Below are positions 1-10,775 of a stretch of 64,000 bases of DNA, piece by piece. Source of the DNA: Schizochytrium sp. TIO01 (taxonomy: Eukaryota; Protista; Bigyra: Labyrinthulomycetes); assembly GCA_004764695.1 (NCBI GenBank), contig SMSO01000006.1, positions 821,859 to 885,858 of the forward strand, written 5' to 3'. How positions within the stretch are numbered: position 1 is the first letter of the stretch; each line of letters starts with the position of its first letter. The translations under genes were made by a program, and so were the position numbers. Under the pieces are notes generated by a model that was given only the letters and a program-made list of their open reading frames with translations, was not told the DNA's origin and ran no database searches.

Positions 1-1183
1 GCAAAAATGATACCGATATCTGGTCTTGGTCTTAAAAACTAGAATACTTCAAGAGTACTCGCTGCGGGACTTGCTACCGCATAGAAAGAGGAACCCAAAG
101 CAAAACCTGTTTTTGGTACGAAACCATCAAAAGCACCAAGGCAAGTCTCTCTGATTCTTATCTATGGTCTTCATTGAAAATGAATAATTATAATGCATGG
201 CAATGCTTCTACGATAATCTTGAATGTCATCTTCACGCAAAATATTAACCATCCTATTGTGGGCAGTAGGTACGTAGCCTGCTTAACATCTCCTACTATG
301 CCTCTATAGTACTACAAACGATATAGCATACTATCCTTAGATCATTGTTAGCCCCAAGTTTTCCCCTTGTTCTTTTTTAATGACAGGAACATGTTTTAAT
401 TGAAAGAACAGTCCCGTTCTTGTGTGGACATTTGCCTCTCAGAGCGAAGCTTCGATTCCGTAATACAGATATTAGACGATCAGATAGGGATCCTAATGAA
501 AAGGGAAACGCAAGGAGATAATAAGGAAGAATATAGGAAAAGATGGAATGAACAACTAAGAATATCTCAACAGCATAATAAGTTTGTTATGAAAAACTAA
601 CATCCCTTCTCCGCTCTTCCTTCCTCGCTCGTTCTTCATCCGCACGCCAAACCTCGAGCGGTGCGACTTTGAAGCGGTCGCCAGAATTCTCCAGCCCGAC
701 AGCTTGGCTTTGGCGGGCGTGCCTCGAAGCTAGGTTTGCACTCAGCACGTGGCAGCTTGAGTCTGTGGCGTGGCAACGGCGAAGATCAAGATTCATTGAG
801 AGAGGTGGCAGCGAAGCCTCCGAAGCTCGTCAACGTTGAGGATCTTTAGGCTTACTAGATTGTGGTTTAGGTCAGGCAAGTCGAGTTTATTGTCTCTTGA
901 AGTTTGCTCGAGCTTTCATTAGTAGTAAGGTTGTAGACTTCGTGTGCAGAAGAAGCTCGAACGTTGAAGATCGAGAATTAGCCATTTCTTGATTTCTTTA
1001 CTACATTGCTGCTAAAGGTTGCCGACCGCGAACCTTTATTCCTTTTATTCTTTTTTCTTGATACTAAATCCTTGTTCTCTTTGAGCGACTTTGGTGTGGA
1101 GTTTTCTACTCTGCGTCGCGAAATCTAGGTTTTGAATTGGATTTGCAGCATCTGTTTTGACGTTTAGTAAACCCCTTTCCAAG

Positions 1184-2584
1184 ATGCCCATCGACCCATT
1201 TGCGGAGAAAAAGGATGACGAAACCGGTCCTGACTCGTATGTTCTAGACAAGGAAAAGAAGAAAAAGGACTTCACCGATGAGAGCCGAGTGGAGATTCCC
1301 GAGGCTACTGACATGGCTCGCGATGGCGACCTTGAAGGGGCCCTCGCTCGTCTCCTTGCACTGGAGAAGCGAGCTCGTCTCGGAGGCGACATTCGCACTG
1401 TGAGCGAGACTGCTCTGGTAATCGTGAAGCTGTGCTACGAATTGAAGCATTGGGAAGAGCTGAATGCGAACATTACTCTCTTGTGCAAGCGGCGCGGACA
1501 GTTCAAGCAAACTCAGGTAAAAATTATCCAGGAGGCCGCGGAGCAGGTAACCAAGATCAATGATAAAGGCACGAAGCTTCAGCTTATCGAAACCCTCCGC
1601 GCAGTAAGTGAGGGTAAGATCTATGTCGAGGCAGAACGTGCTCGTCTGACTATGGAGCTGAGTCGCATGAAAGAGGCAGAGGGCGATGTTTCCAGTGCTG
1701 CAGATATCCTGCAGGAGGAGCAGGTTGAGACGTATGGCGCCATGAACAAGCGGGAAAAGCTTGACTACCTTCTTGAACAAGTTCGACTCTGTCTTGATAA
1801 GAAAGATTTTGTCCGTGCCCTGATTATCGCCAAAAAGGTGAATCGAAAGACCATTGAGGAGGGCGATCTAGAGGACATCAAAGTCCGCTTTTATAAATTG
1901 CTCATTCGATACTACTCACATGAAAAGGATCCTCTAGAACTGGCACGCGCTCATCTTGCTATTTTTCGTACGCCTGGTATTCAGGAACACTCTGAAGACT
2001 GGGAGCCTGAGCTAAAGTCTGCTGTCGTGATGCTTGCCATCTCTCCCTTTGACAATCACCAAATCGACCTTGTTCATAAAACACTGCAAGAGGAAAAAAT
2101 TGAACAGATTCCGGGATACAAAAGCCTTCTCAAACACTTTGTTACAGACGAACTGGCGCAGTGGCCTTTGCCTGAACACAATGAACTCATTCATCACCCA
2201 TTGCTGGCTGATGCCAACGATTGGTATCTTCCTATGCTTCGCGACCGAGTTGTTGAACATGACATTCGTGTAGTTGCTAAGTTCTACACCCGCATTTCAG
2301 CTGATCGCCTTGCAAAGCTTTTGCAGCTTTCAAAGGACGAGTCTGAAAAGTATCTCTGTGATATGGTCACTTCCACTACCTCCGAGCGTCTTATTGCTAA
2401 GATTGATAGACCAGCAGGAGTCATTACCTTTCGTGGACGAAAGACTGCTAATGATCATCTGTCCGAATGGACAGCAGACATTTCAGAACTTCTTGGTTTG
2501 GTCGAAAAGACTTGCCACATCATTCACAAAGAATACGCAATGCACAAGTCTCATGCTGCTCAGCGTGTGGCTGCGGATAGTTAA
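1184..2584 (+). CDS. RPN5: 26S proteasome regulatory (lid) subunit RPN5/PSMD12
   Basis: Motifs LLALEKRARLGGD, LCKRRGQFKQ, LRAVSEGKIYVEAERARLT, QEEQVETYGAM and a C-terminal PCI domain (RVVEHDIRVVAKFYTRI...AKIDRPAGVITF...LLGLVEKTCHIIHKE). Start moved from the track's TTG to the first ATG at 1184 (466 aa). Confidence 0.97.
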   Translation: MPIDPFAEKKDDETGPDSYVLDKEKKKKDFTDESRVEIPEATDMARDGDLEGALARLLALEKRARLGGDIRTVSETALVIVKLCYELKHWEELNANITLLCKRRGQFKQTQVKIIQEAAEQVTKINDKGTKLQLIETLRAVSEGKIYVEAERARLTMELSRMKEAEGDVSSAADILQEEQVETYGAMNKREKLDYLLEQVRLCLDKKDFVRALIIAKKVNRKTIEEGDLEDIKVRFYKLLIRYYSHEKDPLELARAHLAIFRTPGIQEHSEDWEPELKSAVVMLAISPFDNHQIDLVHKTLQEEKIEQIPGYKSLLKHFVTDELAQWPLPEHNELIHHPLLADANDWYLPMLRDRVVEHDIRVVAKFYTRISADRLAKLLQLSKDESEKYLCDMVTSTTSERLIAKIDRPAGVITFRGRKTANDHLSEWTADISELLGLVEKTCHIIHKEYAMHKSHAAQRVAADS

Positions 2585-3527
2585 TTCGCTCATCACTTCC
2601 TACCTTTGGTGCTGTCGAAGCATGTAGTTGGACTTTGAGCGTCAGAAACCCAACACTTTGTCTGATAAATTTCTCAAAACCATCTCTTTTCTCATTCTCG
2701 ACTTGTCGTATGAAATCACGTTTCACAGATTACAACGCCCGTTTGCGATACCATTTACCTCGTGAATTGAAACAGCATGCTAATTTTTCCAGGCTATGCA
2801 CAGTGCTGGTTATGCATCTGGTTTTATAACATAATCAGTAAACATAACCCAGCTACATACCCAGTCAACAATCGAAGGTACACATTGTCTTCGTTGCCTC
2901 CTTTAGATAAATATACTTAAATAAATGTAACGCAGGGCTGAGGAATCTATAAAACGATGTTACCTCTCGCCTATCAATTGCGCGGAGAACAATACAAGGT
3001 AGCTCCCTGTTGCCCCAGTTGGATTTCCCATAGACTTGGACAAGTCATCACATATGCTAAATAAAACGATACGCTAAGAAGCTGTGTTCGGACAAAAAGA
3101 TGAACTATATGAGTAGTATTAGAAAATGATGGTCAAGTTTACGTCTAGATTTCGGTTTTCAGGACTTTTTTTAACTTTCGGGCTTTGATTCTTTTCCTGC
3201 ATGAGATATTTACAAACCTGGAATTCTTACCCTTGATCGCCTTTTGCCAATTTACCTCCCACCTCCCCAACTTTAGAGTCATATACTAAAATGACGATAG
3301 ATTCTTCTTTTTACACAATTTATATACCAAGCTAGTGTGCCAGACTAAACTAAAAAGATCGATTTAGAATGCTGAAAACTGCATAAGTGTTCCAGGGGAT
3401 TCGCGATTTTAATCAATAAATGCTCTCTCGATGGCGTGCAGGGCTGACCTTATCGTTGAAAAGTTTTGGTCGAAGAGCGTCTCAACATGACCCTATTACT
3501 ATCCCATGTGCAAAAACGAAGAATTGA

Positions 3528-3944
3528 TCAGGGAATAAAACGACCGTCACGATTTCGTTTTCGGCGTTTCGAATGTTTATGTCTACTCAGATACTGGTAT
3601 TTAAAGTTTCTCTTTGGAGCGCTAAACTCGGGGAGCTCTCGGTCATTGCGAAGGCCCTGCAAGATCTCAATACGTTTGAGCTGGTGTTCACTAATTTCAC
3701 GAATTGCAATAGCCCCTTTCATATGCTCATCTCGCTCTGTGCCATAACTTACCACCTGAAAGGGAAGTTGATTTTCTCGCTCTGATTGGTGGAGCAGACT
3801 ATGACCTTCATGGTCAACGTCAAATATGTTGCGCCCCCCTTCTTGAATTACGGAGCTCTCGAACTTGCAAAATGATTCTGCATTCATAGTCTCAAAGTAA
3901 AGACAGTTATCCTGATCAGCCTTCGGTTGCAAAGTTTCATCCAT
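3528..3944 (-). CDS. Small divergent NF-YA/HAP2-like (CCAAT-binding subunit A) protein
   Basis: The C-terminus ISEHQLKRIEILQGLR...KYQYLSRHKHSKRRKRNRDGRFIP matches the NF-YA core pattern (VNAKQYHRILKRR...KYLHESRHxHAxxRxRGxGGRF). First ATG at 3944 gives 138 aa. Confidence 0.7.
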   Translation of the reverse strand: MDETLQPKADQDNCLYFETMNAESFCKFESSVIQEGGRNIFDVDHEGHSLLHQSERENQLPFQVVSYGTERDEHMKGAIAIREISEHQLKRIEILQGLRNDRELPEFSAPKRNFKYQYLSRHKHSKRRKRNRDGRFIP

Positions 3945-6462
3945 TTTAGGTATGGTGACGAGGATAGATAAACTCTCCAAGAATGAGCAATTATAGAGTA
4001 GTCATTTTCTTTATACTTGTATATTCATCATTCATTTATTTTCTAACTAATAGAAATTATAGAGGCCTATGAAAATTAATGTTCTTGGGTTCTTAGCATT
4101 TGGAATTAGCAAAAATATGAAAAATCAAAAACTAACAGTATTGAACGACACCTAACTGAAAAAGACGATGTTATTAATGCCTAATACAAACTATATGCCT
4201 GAAGGAATATCTGTTATCCTTGATTCTGGTCGGAAACAGTTAATGGCCTACTAGAGAAGCTTAATTAAAGTAGAATCAATACTTTCAATAAGATTAGACG
4301 AGTCGAATTTATAGAAAACCAGTGCAAATGAATGGCTAGTTGGAACAAATGCTATTTTTTACATTTTGTTAGATATGCTCGGAGCCATAGCATATATAAC
4401 CTTAAAACATGTTGAAGCTGATAGGGTTCAATACTCATTTAAAAAAGATTCAGTGAAACCACACAAATATTAAATAGTATCAGGATCATTTTCTAATATA
4501 CAAAGAATCTAAACACCACAACATACCGGCGGTAGAACTCCGATCTCACTCCTTGTGTAGGTATCTTAGTGCCAAATAGACGATATTCTTGTATTGCTTC
4601 TAGGTGCGTGACTTCAAGGCATAACATCACTTATAAAATCATGAAACGAAGGCTGACATATTCGATCGTTTGATTTCTTTTTCTTTTCCAGGACTCTTTT
4701 TTAAAATGTGAAGCAGGTCTCACCACTATTAATTATTATCATGGCTTTTTGAGGTGGGGGAGTGTGTTTAGTATTATTTTTAAATCAGAAAATACGTATG
4801 TAAATGTGTTATTGCCTATGTTATATGTCTTTTGACAGGCCCAAGAAAGGAAGGTAACGTATGGTACTACCAGGGTAGAATCCCGGATATGATGTTGAAG
4901 CAGTAGGTGTCTACTTGCTTTGCAGTAGCTCAGTAAAAGAGACAAAGGAGCAAAGCGGAAACGGACTTACGAAAAGAAAAGTAGCAAACTTCCACACGAT
5001 ATTCAATGTTTTTTAAAGATTTTTTTTTGCAAATATGTTCTAGAGTTCCATATAGATGTTTTAAAAAATACTGAGTCATCCCCGTCGCCTCTTTGCAGAT
5101 CAGTTATGATGGTCTAATTTCGGAAGCTCTGAAAATGCATAAAAGTTCTGGTGCAGAGACTAATAATAGATCAGTTAGCCTTCAATAGATAGGGCTCATC
5201 TACACTGATTGGAAGCACGCTCATGAAGTATTTCCGAGGCTGGACGACTGCATCCAGCTACTCTTGTCAGGCGTCATACAAAAAAGTGAAAGGAGCCTAA
5301 ATATTTTGTATAATGACCTTCTCGTACGTCCTGAGGTTATTCCAAAAAGAAGTTGCGTTTTTTGCACATCCTCGTAAATTATTCTATTCTTATAAGATAT
5401 ATAATATTTTGTGTCACTCATTAAGTCTATGATATGGTTTGTTCTTAAGTTGTCATGTAAGCCACAGTTCACAACAGTAAGTTTATATTATTTCTTATGA
5501 TATGAAAAGAAAAAGGGCGCGCGCAGGGGGGGGGGGCGTTGAATGACAATGATTCGAACAACAATTTAAAAGAAGCTTGGCATGTGTGAAAAAAATAAGA
5601 CCATGTCCAAATAAGCACTAATAGTACTGTAGTTGTATGTACGCATTTGATCAGTACTTCAAACAGGTCTTACAGAATGAAAGAGGCATGGCACGCACGA
5701 CAACTGAAGGCAATATTTTAAAAAAAAGAAAAAAGAAAAAAAGAAAGAAGAAGCTTTACCTGAAAAAAGCTACTGAATACATCCTTTCTATAATTCAAAA
5801 TCATCTGACTTTGACAATCCTTTTGAAAAAGAAAGAAACAGATGCTGGATGAAAAGCCGCATGTCTACAGTACTAAAGGTCGGCACGTACTTACTGCTTC
5901 TAGCTCTTCCATTAAATAATTTTCATCGTCGGTAGTATAGATTCCACTAGTCCGTATTCACAAACCATATGCTAAATAGTGACTAATTTTCTGTCTGAAA
6001 ATTGAACTTTTAAAAATAAATTCTCCTTTGAACACTTTGAACCCGGGTCAGTTGAGGCCATTCAACATTGATTAGTTCAGCATAACTGTAGATAGAAACG
6101 TTTAAAATAATATTACTTCAACAATTTTAAAAACATAACTAGGAAAAATAATCTTTACTCTCATTTTACATACTTCAAAAAAACTGTCGTCGACCACGAC
6201 AGCCTGACTTGTGTACCCATTCTGGCATGTGCGGGTTTACGAACTCAATTTTGAAGCTAAAACATCGTCAAGCAATGTCACATTAGGAAGTTTTATGTTT
6301 CGTGTAGTGAAACTCTCACCAAGGAAATGAAATACCTGACATACCCCTTTACGTTGTCGCGAATGGTGTCCATCAAACCACCGTACACACTACAGGATAA
6401 TAATACAGCTTTCAACTATTTGAGGCCGACAGCATCTGCGCGCGAAAGATGATTTGGACTAC

Positions 6463-6820
6463 CAAACAAGAAAAGAAAGAAAGATAGATAGAAAGAAAGA
6501 AACAAACAAAGAAACAAAGAAAGAAAGAAAGAAAGAAACAAACAAACAAAGAAACAAAGAAACAAACAAACAAACAAACAAACAAACAAACAAACAAACA
6601 TACAAAGGAACGGAACAAAGGAATGAAGCAAACAAACAAACAAAGAAACAAAGAAAAGAACGGAACAAAGAAAAGAACGAAACAGTCAAAGGAACGGAAC
6701 AAAGAAAAGAACGAAACAATCAAAGGAACGAAACAAAGAAAAGAACGAAACAATCAAAGGAACGAAACAATCAAAGGAACGAAACAAAGAAAAGAACGAA
6801 ACAAAGAAAAGAACGAAAAA
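6463..6820. repeat. Compound AAAC/AAAG microsatellite grading into longer degenerate units (e.g. AAAGAAAAGAACGAAAC, CAATCAAAGGAACGAAA)
   Basis: Directly visible. It explains the spurious K/Q/T/N-rich and F/V/C/L-rich ORFs at 6412-6921. Confidence 0.95.
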
Positions 6821-7489
6821 AGTCATTCAACGTGACTTGTAAAGAATTCTTCGTCGCTTGCTTGAATCGTACAACTAACCGGCTACTATCCAAAACCATA
6901 GCAGGCATAAGCTCTCTATAGCTCTTATGTCCCGGACAATGATGGGCATTGGCCGGTAAATAACTCACGTCATCTGCTGCAAACAAACCCGATCCCTCAT
7001 TCAAAGGCATCTTCTCGATCGCCTCATCGTTCTGCATGATCCATTTGTAGTACTGTCCTCTGCGATCCTGTAGCTCCAAGTTTCGCTACAATTGGTAAAA
7101 CTCAGAGAAGCTTTGTTGTGTATTCATAGGTAGTATTCCTCTCTTAGAAATAAACAACTTTTCTTATTTGGCAATCATAGTTAGCGTTATGTAACTCCTA
7201 AGCGCTTGATCGCTTGAGAAAAGAAGACGCGTAATAACAATTCCAATTGCTCGGTAGCCTATGGGTAGATAGTCCTACCACCTGGTTTCGATTATTCCAG
7301 CCGACCAGCGAGAAACGCGCGGAGAAGCTCTCTGCGCAAATACGAAGCTCTTCGCCGCGGAGCTCTTCCCACCGGCGTCGTTGACCACCTTTCCTGCCTG
7401 TCCTACTCGGTGCCTCCTCCGGGTGTGCGTTCGTGTTCATTTGTGGTTGGTTTCCCGGAAAGCCGTCTCCTTCAACATCATCCATCATC

Positions 7490-8560
7490 ATGGAGGCCTC
7501 GACCTTTGTTCCGACGAAGTCTGACTACAAAGTTCTCCGGGATGAGGAGTCCTTGCAGCGCACCCCGCCGCGCCGCGAGGACCAGACCTTTCTCTCGATC
7601 GATTCCCACCGTGCTCCGTACTCTTCACCCCGTCCCAGGGAGCCTATGTGCATGCGGTTCTGGCGCTACATGGCCCTTCGCATGACGCTTTTGATGGTTC
7701 TTTTGGGTGCTTACTTTCTGTTCATGTTCGGAAAAGATTGCGTGGATTATCTACGAGGAGCCAATGATCGCGGAGATGACCAAAATGCCAGCAACGACAA
7801 GGTATTGAACTTTGACAACATCGGCGCGATGCCTGCTCCGGAGGAGAACCCTGGCTGCAAGATCTATTTCGATGGCTGCAACACCTGCTCGCGCAGTACC
7901 TACGGTGGTGATGCGGCTTGCACGGAGCGTTTCTGTGAAAAGTCCAGCCACTCCTACTGCAAGGCTTATTTTGAGCCTTCTGAGATGAAGAAGGTATCTT
8001 CCGCGAATGAAGGTTCTGTGATGCCTACCATTCCCAGCCCTGCCAAGGAGGATATGAATGCCCCTGACGACTGCGCTTTATGGAACACTGGCTGCAACAA
8101 CTGCCGCCGAAGCACGCCAGGGGCCCCTCTTGTTTGCACACGAATGATGTGCCATGGTGACTTGAAGCCTGGCTCGTGCAGCAAATACTTTGACAGCTCG
8201 TCGGAGACTGGCGATAAGGATGCTGCCGAGGGTGGCATTGCCCCAATCACTATTACAGACCCTTCCCCGGAAACTGAGACTAAATCCGAGGATGTTGCGC
8301 AGCGCCGCCCGATGACCAAGCCCCTCAAGGTTCGCATCCCGCTACCTGCAGGTACCAAGGAGATCTCCAACGAGGAAAACGCGAGTACAAAGAGCACTAC
8401 TACTACCACCACCACTGATCCTGCCCCAGATGACTGCAAGGTGTGGTTTGATGGCTGCAACACATGCTCTCGTGGTGCGCCTGGTGCTCCTCTTGGCTGC
8501 ACTCGCAGGGCGTGCTTTACAACTTCCGAACCTTACTGCATGGCCGAGTTTTCTGACTAA
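7490..8560 (+). CDS. Predicted type II membrane protein with three 6-Cys pacifastin-like repeats and a Thr/Pro-rich linker
   Basis: One TM helix (MTLLMVLLGAYFLFMFG) and three repeats of C-x6-C-x2-C-x10-C-x4-C-x7/8-C at ~7856-7960, 8072-8179 and 8435-8539, with strong coding-type codon bias. First ATG at 7490 (356 aa). Confidence 0.88.
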   Translation: MEASTFVPTKSDYKVLRDEESLQRTPPRREDQTFLSIDSHRAPYSSPRPREPMCMRFWRYMALRMTLLMVLLGAYFLFMFGKDCVDYLRGANDRGDDQNASNDKVLNFDNIGAMPAPEENPGCKIYFDGCNTCSRSTYGGDAACTERFCEKSSHSYCKAYFEPSEMKKVSSANEGSVMPTIPSPAKEDMNAPDDCALWNTGCNNCRRSTPGAPLVCTRMMCHGDLKPGSCSKYFDSSSETGDKDAAEGGIAPITITDPSPETETKSEDVAQRRPMTKPLKVRIPLPAGTKEISNEENASTKSTTTTTTTDPAPDDCKVWFDGCNTCSRGAPGAPLGCTRRACFTTSEPYCMAEFSD

Positions 8561-8881
8561 AAAGCAGTTGATGTCCCCACCAAACTCTTGTTGGCTCAAA
8601 AGTCTCCTTAGCATGTTTGTCACTACACCTTCTCCGGAATATCTGAACTCTCAGCAATCAATCATCTTTCGCAACAAAAACCTGAAGTTGAGTCGAGAGG
8701 TGAAATAACGTTGTACCACATATCTAACATTCTACGTCCTAGTACAACTACGGGCAAAAGGGCTGCTTCGATGGCCCATGTTAACTTTGAATAAATTTTT
8801 TTCATTTTACTTAAAATATGATGTTACTTTTCTTGGCCGGGAATCTACTTAGCCTGGGTCGTGCCAAATGTAGATATTTCT

Positions 8882-9958
8882 TTATATGGTTTCAAGTTTT
8901 CCCGCGCCTTCTAAGCCTTCAGCAGACTCAATTATGTGAATGGCACGAGGTTCATCTTTTTCTATGGAAATCTCTGAGCGAATTATATACTGTGTTTCAA
9001 GCACGCCACGTTGCAGCCACCATTGATAAGGCCATGAGCAGAAACACAGAGTCGCGAGAATGTACCCCGTGAGCCCGAATCGGCTTCGGAGACGATTCTT
9101 ATCTACGAGAACGACACAAGTTGGAATGCTTCCACGCGAAATGGACTTTTCAATTTTCACAGAACTGTCGAATCGGCGGCACTGTTTTGTGAGAGCGTCA
9201 ACTTGAGACTGTATAGCAACTTCACTTTTTGTACTATCGAATTCAATGTGATAGCAAATGTGAACAAGAACGCCAAAGTATTTGGGATCAATATCATTGA
9301 GACACGGGGCTGGGCCGCTAATGTCCCTCCAACTATCATAATGAATGGGTATCTCAGCAGTGCGAGTACAAACCTGTTTCTCGCTAATTATTCTACCCCC
9401 CTGCATATTTTGCACAGTCTTCTCAGTATGATAAGAAGTTGCAACCAGTTTGATCTTTGGAGCAGTATTTCGCAAAGTTTCAAAAAAACTGTTTTGATGC
9501 TCTCCACGATAGCTAGTAAGCGTGTTCGTAGTTAACATTCGCACTGTGGAATTAATAAGCCATTGATATAGGAAGGCTTCAATCAGGTATAAGACTGTGA
9601 AAATGCCAAAACACGCAAACCCCGCCTTCACGCGACTTTTATTCCAGGTTGCCCAGTAAAATCGTAATGCATAAGCCAGGGAAGCAAGCGCTAACATTGT
9701 CAAGGTTAACGATACTACTCGTCTTGTGGACTTGAGGAATTGCTCCTTCCCTGGTACGTAGTCTATGATGGCAATTGGCAATGCTGCTTCCTCTTTTCTT
9801 TGCCTTTCCTCTGCAACTAAGTCTTCGGGTAGTGTCACCACCGACGCCTCTGGGACACGTTCGTTAATTCTTGAAGTTGGCTCTCTTGCCCGTGCGTCAT
9901 TGCAGATTACCTCGACCTCTGAGGCCATGATATCAATTTTTATTTCTTGATTCTCCAT
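8882..9958 (-). CDS. TMEM151-family membrane protein (paralog A)
   Basis: Two TM helices with YLIEA, followed by LRNTAPKIKLVATSYH, YDSWRDISG and C-terminal YILATLCFCSWPYQWWL, which is the TMEM151 pattern. Confidence 0.85.
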   Translation of the reverse strand: MENQEIKIDIMASEVEVICNDARAREPTSRINERVPEASVVTLPEDLVAEERQRKEEAALPIAIIDYVPGKEQFLKSTRRVVSLTLTMLALASLAYALRFYWATWNKSRVKAGFACFGIFTVLYLIEAFLYQWLINSTVRMLTTNTLTSYRGEHQNSFFETLRNTAPKIKLVATSYHTEKTVQNMQGGRIISEKQVCTRTAEIPIHYDSWRDISGPAPCLNDIDPKYFGVLVHICYHIEFDSTKSEVAIQSQVDALTKQCRRFDSSVKIEKSISRGSIPTCVVLVDKNRLRSRFGLTGYILATLCFCSWPYQWWLQRGVLETQYIIRSEISIEKDEPRAIHIIESAEGLEGAGKLETI

Positions 9959-10775
9959 GTTGGATTCTTGCGTTTCGGATTTGTTTCTGGCAACGAGGCT
10001 TTCAGGAATTACACTCGCAAATGAATAGCATTGCTCAAATTACTTCCTACCAACAATATTTACAAATACTTAAATTAACTGCTAAATGCAGTAATTCTCC
10101 ACTAGCTCTTAAATTCAAACCTTTGAAGAAAATACACCTAAAACAAGGAGTAGACGGCCACCCCTGCTACTTCTTTGATGCTGCGAGGGCTACTTGGGAG
10201 CAAGGGAGGGCCAATTTTCAGTTCCCCTACTACACTTCTGGCTGCATATTGCTCTCTTTATGTTTCTCCCTAAGTAACAGGTGTGAATGGTTCCTACTAT
10301 AAGTCATTTTTCCTAGAACGATCATTCAGCGCTTTACTGGCTTTCCTGATACTTGGTTGCCAGGCGGGAGCATAGCAACAGCACACGCAGCTTGAATGAG
10401 TAGGTGGAATCAAGGTTATCTAGGGTTTTCGTGGTCGCGATTCAGAAATACAACGCCTTACTGACTGAATAAAGTTAATAATTAGAAAAATAAGTCTTTG
10501 CATCCTACCAGCCAATTAAAAGTATAACTTCAGTTTCTGAAGTGAAAACATGATTTTGTTCTCATTCATCGCGGGAAACGAATTTTGTACGATGAAAGAG
10601 CACAGAGAATAAAGCAAATAGAAACATGATTAACTTACAGATATCATATGATTAGGAAAGTATGGCAAGAGGTTATTTTTAGAACTGGTTTCATTTTGCA
10701 ATAATGGAACAAAAGTAATCTTTGGATCTTTAAATTTTAGAGAACAACTATTTTCGATATCCACTATATGTTGTG

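Noticed and set aside
4069-4473. AT-rich + strand frame of ~135 codons with only three internal stops (MKINVLGFLAFG...)
   Set aside because: No recognisable motif. The stop density is not low enough to claim a pseudogene or an alternative genetic code.
6412-6921. Several 70-155 aa ORFs on both strands
   Set aside because: Translations of the AAAC/AAAG microsatellite. The same applies to ORFs at 27316-27710, 30260-30731, 32433-32636 and 63180-63534.
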